Source of the DNA: Armatimonadota bacterium
GTDB taxonomy: Bacteria; Armatimonadota; Zipacnadia; Zipacnadales; UBA5352
Length of the DNA: 11,410 nt
Assembly (NCBI GenBank): GCA_034722055.1
Contig: JAYENL010000163.1
Location: 1-11,410, forward strand
Direction: 5' to 3'
Numbering within the stretch: the stretch's first letter is position 1; each line of letters starts with the position of its first letter. The translations under genes were made by a program, and so were the position numbers. Below the pieces are notes generated by a model. That model did not search any database and was not told the DNA's origin. It worked only from the letters and a program-made list of their open reading frames with translations. Below are positions 7,541 through 11,410 of the stretch, piece by piece.

Positions 7541-8107
7541 ATGGCGGTCACCATCAGCATCTACCACGCACCCAAGCGCTGCGCGAAGTGCGAGCGCATG
7601 GAGGAGATGGCGCGCGAGGTGGCGGCCTCGTTCCCGGGGCGGGTCGAGATCGTTCTCACGCCCGTGGGTGAGGCACCCGCGGAGCTGGGCGTGATCATGC
7701 CGCCGAGCATGGCCGTGGACGGCCAGTTGGTGGCTGTTGGCAGGCTGCCCAACAAGCAGGACGTCGCCGCCACGGTCGCCGAGGCCCTGGGCGGAGAGCA
7801 GCCCACGGGCGCCGCCGGCCCGGGCGGCAGCGCCTTCGGGCACGGCCGAGCGGTGATCGAGGGCGAAAGGGTCTACGTGTGCGCGGAGGACTTCTCGGAT
7901 CGCTCCGGCTGCCAGCCCATGCTCCTGTTCTGGTACGTCGATGAGGGCGACAGCGTTGAGGAGGGGCAGGAGCTAGCGGAGGTGGAGTCGGCCAAGGCGG
8001 TCTTCGTCATCGAGAGCCCCGTCAATGGGCTGCTCGAAGAGATCCTGGTCACTGAGGGGGAGACCATCGAGCCGAACCAGCGCCTGGCGGCGCTGAGGGC
8101 GGAGTAG
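7541..8107 (+). CDS. Fusion of a small CxxC thioredoxin-like domain (MTH895/redox-active disulfide protein 2 type) and a lipoyl/biotinyl-carrier domain
   Basis: N-terminal CAKC (7580-7591) plus LGVIMPPSMAVDGQLVAVGRLP. C-terminal WYVDEGDSVEEGQELAEVESAKAVFVIESPVNGLLEEILVTEGETI with lipoyl-type Lys at 7994-7996. SD GAGGGAG precedes ATG 7541; alternative ATG 7523 overlaps the upstream stop. Confidence 0.88.
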   Translation: MAVTISIYHAPKRCAKCERMEEMAREVAASFPGRVEIVLTPVGEAPAELGVIMPPSMAVDGQLVAVGRLPNKQDVAATVAEALGGEQPTGAAGPGGSAFGHGRAVIEGERVYVCAEDFSDRSGCQPMLLFWYVDEGDSVEEGQELAEVESAKAVFVIESPVNGLLEEILVTEGETIEPNQRLAALRAE

Positions 8108-8157
8108 CTGGGCCATGGGGGCCGCGGCTCGCGGCCGGAGCACGGAGAGATGGGGTC

Positions 8158-10317
8158 ATGATCTATCTCGATAACGCCGCAACCACGCCTGTGGACGAGC
8201 GAGTTCTGGAGGCCATGCTGCCGTATCTGCGGCGGGACTTCGGCAATCCCAGCAGCTCGCACGCCGCCGGGAGGGCGGCGCGAAGGGCGGTGGAGGAGGC
8301 CCGAGGCGCCGTGGCCGCAGCGATCGGCGCCGAGCCGTCACAGCTCATCTTCACCACCTCGGGCACCGCCGCCAGCAACCTCGCCATCCGCGGCACACTC
8401 GGCGCACTTGGGGGCGACCGGGGACACGTAGTTACAAGCGCCATCGAGCACGCGAGCGTCCACAGGATTGTGAGGGCGCTGGGGGAGGCGGGGTGGCTCA
8501 CCACGGTGCTGCCGGTCACCCCCGAGGGGCAGGGTGAGCCTGAGACGCTGCAGGCCGCGCTGCGCCCGGACACGGCGCTGGTGTCCATCATGTACGGGAA
8601 CAACGAGATCGGCTCGCTGCAGCCCGTCGGCGAGATCGGCGCCCTGTGTCGGGAGCGCGGCGTGCTCTTTCACTGCGATGCGGTGCAGGCCCTCGGCCAC
8701 GTGCCCTTGGAACTGGCCCAGCTTCCGGTGGCCTTCATGAGCTTCTCGGGCCATAAGATCAACGCGCCCAAGGGCGTCGGGGCACTGTTCGTGCGCGACA
8801 GGTCGCTGCTGCAGCCGGTCTTGACCGGCGGCGGCCAGGAGCAGGGGCTGTGGCCGGGAACGGAGGCGGTGGCGAACATCGTTGCCCTCGGCGCGGCGGC
8901 TCGGCTGCTTCCCGAGCTGCTGGCTGCAAGCGAGGAGATGGCCCGCCTCCGCGATGAGCTCATCGAGCAGGTGCTCGACGGAGTGCCGGGAGCACGGGCC
9001 ACCGGGCATCGCACCGAGCGCCTGCCGCACATCGCCAGCTTCTGCTTCGAGGGCGTGTCCGGCGACGCCCTCGTCATGGCCCTGGACCAGCGCGGCATCT
9101 GCGCATCGACGGGCGCGGTGTGCTCCAGCGGCTCGGGTAAGCCCTCCCGGGTTCTCCAGGCGATCGGGCTGTCGGATCGGCTGGCGGGGAGCTCGCTGCG
9201 TCTGAGCCTGGGGCGCCGGAGCACGGCCGGGGAGGTGCGCGAGGCGGCGCAGGCGGTGGTGCAGATCGTGAACGCGCTCCGCTCGGAGGGCGCCCCGAGG
9301 GCACACAGGCGGCGTCCGCTGAACCCGGCGCTGGCGGGCCCCGTTGAGGCTGGGCGCCTCGATGCCCAGGAGCGGCGGCGACTCACAGACGAGATCAATG
9401 CGCTGGGCGGCCAGAGGGGCGCGGTCGTCGTGGCCCACAACGCGCAGCTCCCGGAGGTCCAGGACATCGCCGATGAGTGCGGCGGCATCGGGCATCTGAT
9501 GCGGGCGGCGCTGGATGCGAAGGCCGGCACCATCGTCTCCTGCGGCGTCTCGTTCATGGCGGAGCTGATCGCCTGCCTGCGTCCGGATGTGATGGTGCTG
9601 AACCCGTCGTCTGATGCCCGCTGTCCCATGCGCCGAATGGTCTCCGTTGAGGACGTCCGCGAGCTGCGGGCGGCGCATCCTGACGCTCCAGTGGTGGCCT
9701 GTGCGAAGACCGGCCCGGAGGTCATCGCCGAGGCCGACATCTGCTGCACACCCGACAACGCCGTGGCCGTGGTGGGCTCGCCCACCTCCGATCAGGTCAT
9801 CATGGTGCCGGACCGCAACCTCGCCGCCTGGGTGCAGAGCCGGCTTCCGGAGGCGGAGGTCATCGCCGCGGAGGGCTACTGCCCGCCGCATCGAGTGATG
9901 ACGCTGGAGGTGCTCGAGGCGGCGACCCGCAGACATCCCGACCTGTTGATACTGGCGCACCCTCACTGTTCGCGGGAGGTGCTGGGACGTGCGGACTTCA
10001 TCGGCGGCAGTGACGGGATGGTGGAGTTCGCGCGCCGGCAGGAGAACCGGGAGATGCTGGTGGTGAGCGAATGCGGCCTTGTGCACCGCCTGCGGCGGGA
10101 GCAGCCGCAGGCCACCTTCCACGCCGCCCCGCAGATGGTCTGCGCGACCATGAAGCGTGTGGGCCGGCGCGAGGTCCGGGACGCCCTCCGCGATACGCGT
10201 GAGGTCGTTTCCGTGGACCCCGGTACCGCGCATCGCGCTGCAGGTGCCATCAACCGGATGCTGGAGGTTGTCGCGAGCGTGCCCGACCACCACACAAGTG
10301 AGGGGAGCACAAAGTGA
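8158..10317 (+). CDS. Group I cysteine desulfurase (IscS/NifS-like) fused to a divergent NadA-like [4Fe-4S] domain
   Basis: Desulfurase part (~8158-9282): IYLDNAATTP, FGNPSS, IEHASV, NNEIG, HCDAVQA, SGHK (PLP Lys 8755), GGGQE, STGAVCSSG (catalytic Cys 9121), SLRLSLGR. NadA-like part (~9382-10270): AHNAQ.PEVQDIAD, CGVSFMAE, CPM, PDRNL, YCPPH, AHPHC, CATMK. Confidence 0.92.
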   Translation: MIYLDNAATTPVDERVLEAMLPYLRRDFGNPSSSHAAGRAARRAVEEARGAVAAAIGAEPSQLIFTTSGTAASNLAIRGTLGALGGDRGHVVTSAIEHASVHRIVRALGEAGWLTTVLPVTPEGQGEPETLQAALRPDTALVSIMYGNNEIGSLQPVGEIGALCRERGVLFHCDAVQALGHVPLELAQLPVAFMSFSGHKINAPKGVGALFVRDRSLLQPVLTGGGQEQGLWPGTEAVANIVALGAAARLLPELLAASEEMARLRDELIEQVLDGVPGARATGHRTERLPHIASFCFEGVSGDALVMALDQRGICASTGAVCSSGSGKPSRVLQAIGLSDRLAGSSLRLSLGRRSTAGEVREAAQAVVQIVNALRSEGAPRAHRRRPLNPALAGPVEAGRLDAQERRRLTDEINALGGQRGAVVVAHNAQLPEVQDIADECGGIGHLMRAALDAKAGTIVSCGVSFMAELIACLRPDVMVLNPSSDARCPMRRMVSVEDVRELRAAHPDAPVVACAKTGPEVIAEADICCTPDNAVAVVGSPTSDQVIMVPDRNLAAWVQSRLPEAEVIAAEGYCPPHRVMTLEVLEAATRRHPDLLILAHPHCSREVLGRADFIGGSDGMVEFARRQENREMLVVSECGLVHRLRREQPQATFHAAPQMVCATMKRVGRREVRDALRDTREVVSVDPGTAHRAAGAINRMLEVVASVPDHHTSEGSTK

Positions 10318-11357
10318 AGCCTACACGACCGGCAGCTTTCGCGCGCGTGGCGCTGGCGGCGACAGAAGCGCTCTTCCTCGCCGCGGTGCTCGCGGGGTCA
10401 GGCTGCACGACGAACCGCAGTGCCGATGCCATCACGGCCGACAGCAGCGATGCAGGTGCCGCTGCCGAAGAGCTGGTCATCTTCCACGCCGAGGACCTGA
10501 CGCGCCCCTTCAGCGCCCTGGAGGCCATCCTGGAGCGCCGCGAGCCGGGGCTGGACGTCGTGCGCGAGTCCGGCAGCAGCGAGATGGCGTGCCGGAAGGT
10601 AACCGACCTCGGCCGCAGGGCCGACGTGGTGGCGGTCACCGACTACTCCCTGATCGACCAGATGCTGATACCCGACCTCACGAGCTGGGCGGTGACCTTC
10701 GCCCGCAATCGCATCGTGCTGCTCTACGGGGAGGCAAGCCGCCACCATACCGAGATCGGCAGCGACAACTGGTTCGAGATCCTGCTGCGGGAGGACGTAA
10801 CCTACGGCTACGCCGACCCGTCCATCGCGCCGGTGGGCTACCGGACGCTGCTGAGCTTCAGGCTGGCGGACATTCACCACGGGGGCGGCGACGGGCGTCT
10901 CTACGAGCGCCTTGTCCGAGGCTGCCCGGAGACGAACATCCGCCCGCACTGCGAGCAGCTTTTCCCGATGGTCCAGTCGGGATCGCTGGACTACGTCTTC
11001 CACTATCGATCCCTGGCAGCCCAGCACCACCTGCAATACGTTGAGCTGGCCCCGCAGGTGGATCTGAGCGATCCAGCTCTGGCGGACCAGTACGCTCGGG
11101 CGAGCGTTGAGATTCCCGGGGGACCGGGCGGGCGGCCCGAGACGGTCACGGGCAGGCCCATCGTCTACGCCATCACGATCCTGGACGACGCGGGCAACCG
11201 GCAGGCGGCGATGGGCTTCCTGCGCCTGCTTTTAGGCTCGGAGGGCCGGAAGGCACTCGAGGAGCACCTCCTGGACCTCACGCAGCCGAACGTCACCCCC
11301 GGCTCCGAGCGCCCGCCGGAGGAGCTCGCCGATCTGATTGACGACACTGTCTCCTGA
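10314..11357 (+). CDS. WtpA-like (tungstate/molybdate-binding family) lipoprotein with altered ligand residues
   Basis: GTG start overlaps the upstream TGA. Lipobox LAGSG|C31. WtpA-type motifs LVIFHA, RKVTDLGRRADVVAVTDYSLI, NWFEILLR, GYRT, LDYVFHYRSLAAQHHLQYVEL..VDLSDP and PIVYAITI. Confidence 0.9.
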   Translation: MKPTRPAAFARVALAATEALFLAAVLAGSGCTTNRSADAITADSSDAGAAAEELVIFHAEDLTRPFSALEAILERREPGLDVVRESGSSEMACRKVTDLGRRADVVAVTDYSLIDQMLIPDLTSWAVTFARNRIVLLYGEASRHHTEIGSDNWFEILLREDVTYGYADPSIAPVGYRTLLSFRLADIHHGGGDGRLYERLVRGCPETNIRPHCEQLFPMVQSGSLDYVFHYRSLAAQHHLQYVELAPQVDLSDPALADQYARASVEIPGGPGGRPETVTGRPIVYAITILDDAGNRQAAMGFLRLLLGSEGRKALEEHLLDLTQPNVTPGSERPPEELADLIDDTVS

Positions 11358-11410
11358 TTCCTGGCGGGCCCGGATCGAGTGTGCAACGCAGCAGATCGCG
11401 TGCACGCCAG

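Noticed and set aside
6420..11044. Alternative-frame and antisense ORFs (for example 6420-7346, 8338-10293, 8670-9785, 10157-11044)
   Set aside because: They overlap confidently assigned genes and show Arg/Pro/Ala-rich shadow composition without motifs.
8158..11357. Assigning gene symbols nadA, iscS or wtpA (and modA to the two earlier lipoproteins)
   Set aside because: Folds are recognisable, but key catalytic or ligand residues differ or the domains are fused, so canonical function cannot be assumed.
1..11410. CRISPR arrays, tRNA/rRNA genes, transposases or integrases
   Set aside because: No regularly spaced repeats, RNA-gene signatures or mobile-element genes were seen; intergenic gaps are short.

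Overview
High-GC (roughly 70% by eye) bacterial window with two blocks. (1) 1-3674, + strand: a sulfur-assimilation run made of a 5'-truncated Thi4 thiazole synthase (Cys-type), the DUF39/MA1821-like aspartate-semialdehyde sulfurtransferase with its NIL-ferredoxin partner (homocysteine synthesis), and cysK. (2) 3764-11357: a divergent cluster of unusual Cys-rich proteins. Leftward are a DUF318/ArsP-type permease and a lipoprotein fusing ModA-like, thioredoxin-like and HMA domains. Rightward are a second ModA-like lipoprotein, a CxxC thioredoxin fused to a lipoyl domain, a cysteine desulfurase fused to a NadA-like domain, and a WtpA-like lipoprotein. By manual motif comparison, the NadA-like domain keeps its three Fe-S cysteines but has lost most quinolinate-synthase active-site residues, and all three 'Mo/W' binding proteins have lost canonical oxyanion ligands and gained Cys at or near the binding cleft. 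Block 2 is therefore the best candidate for an undescribed thiol/persulfide-based system handling a thiophilic metal, metalloid or sulfur species. All family calls come from motif recognition by eye; no searches were run.
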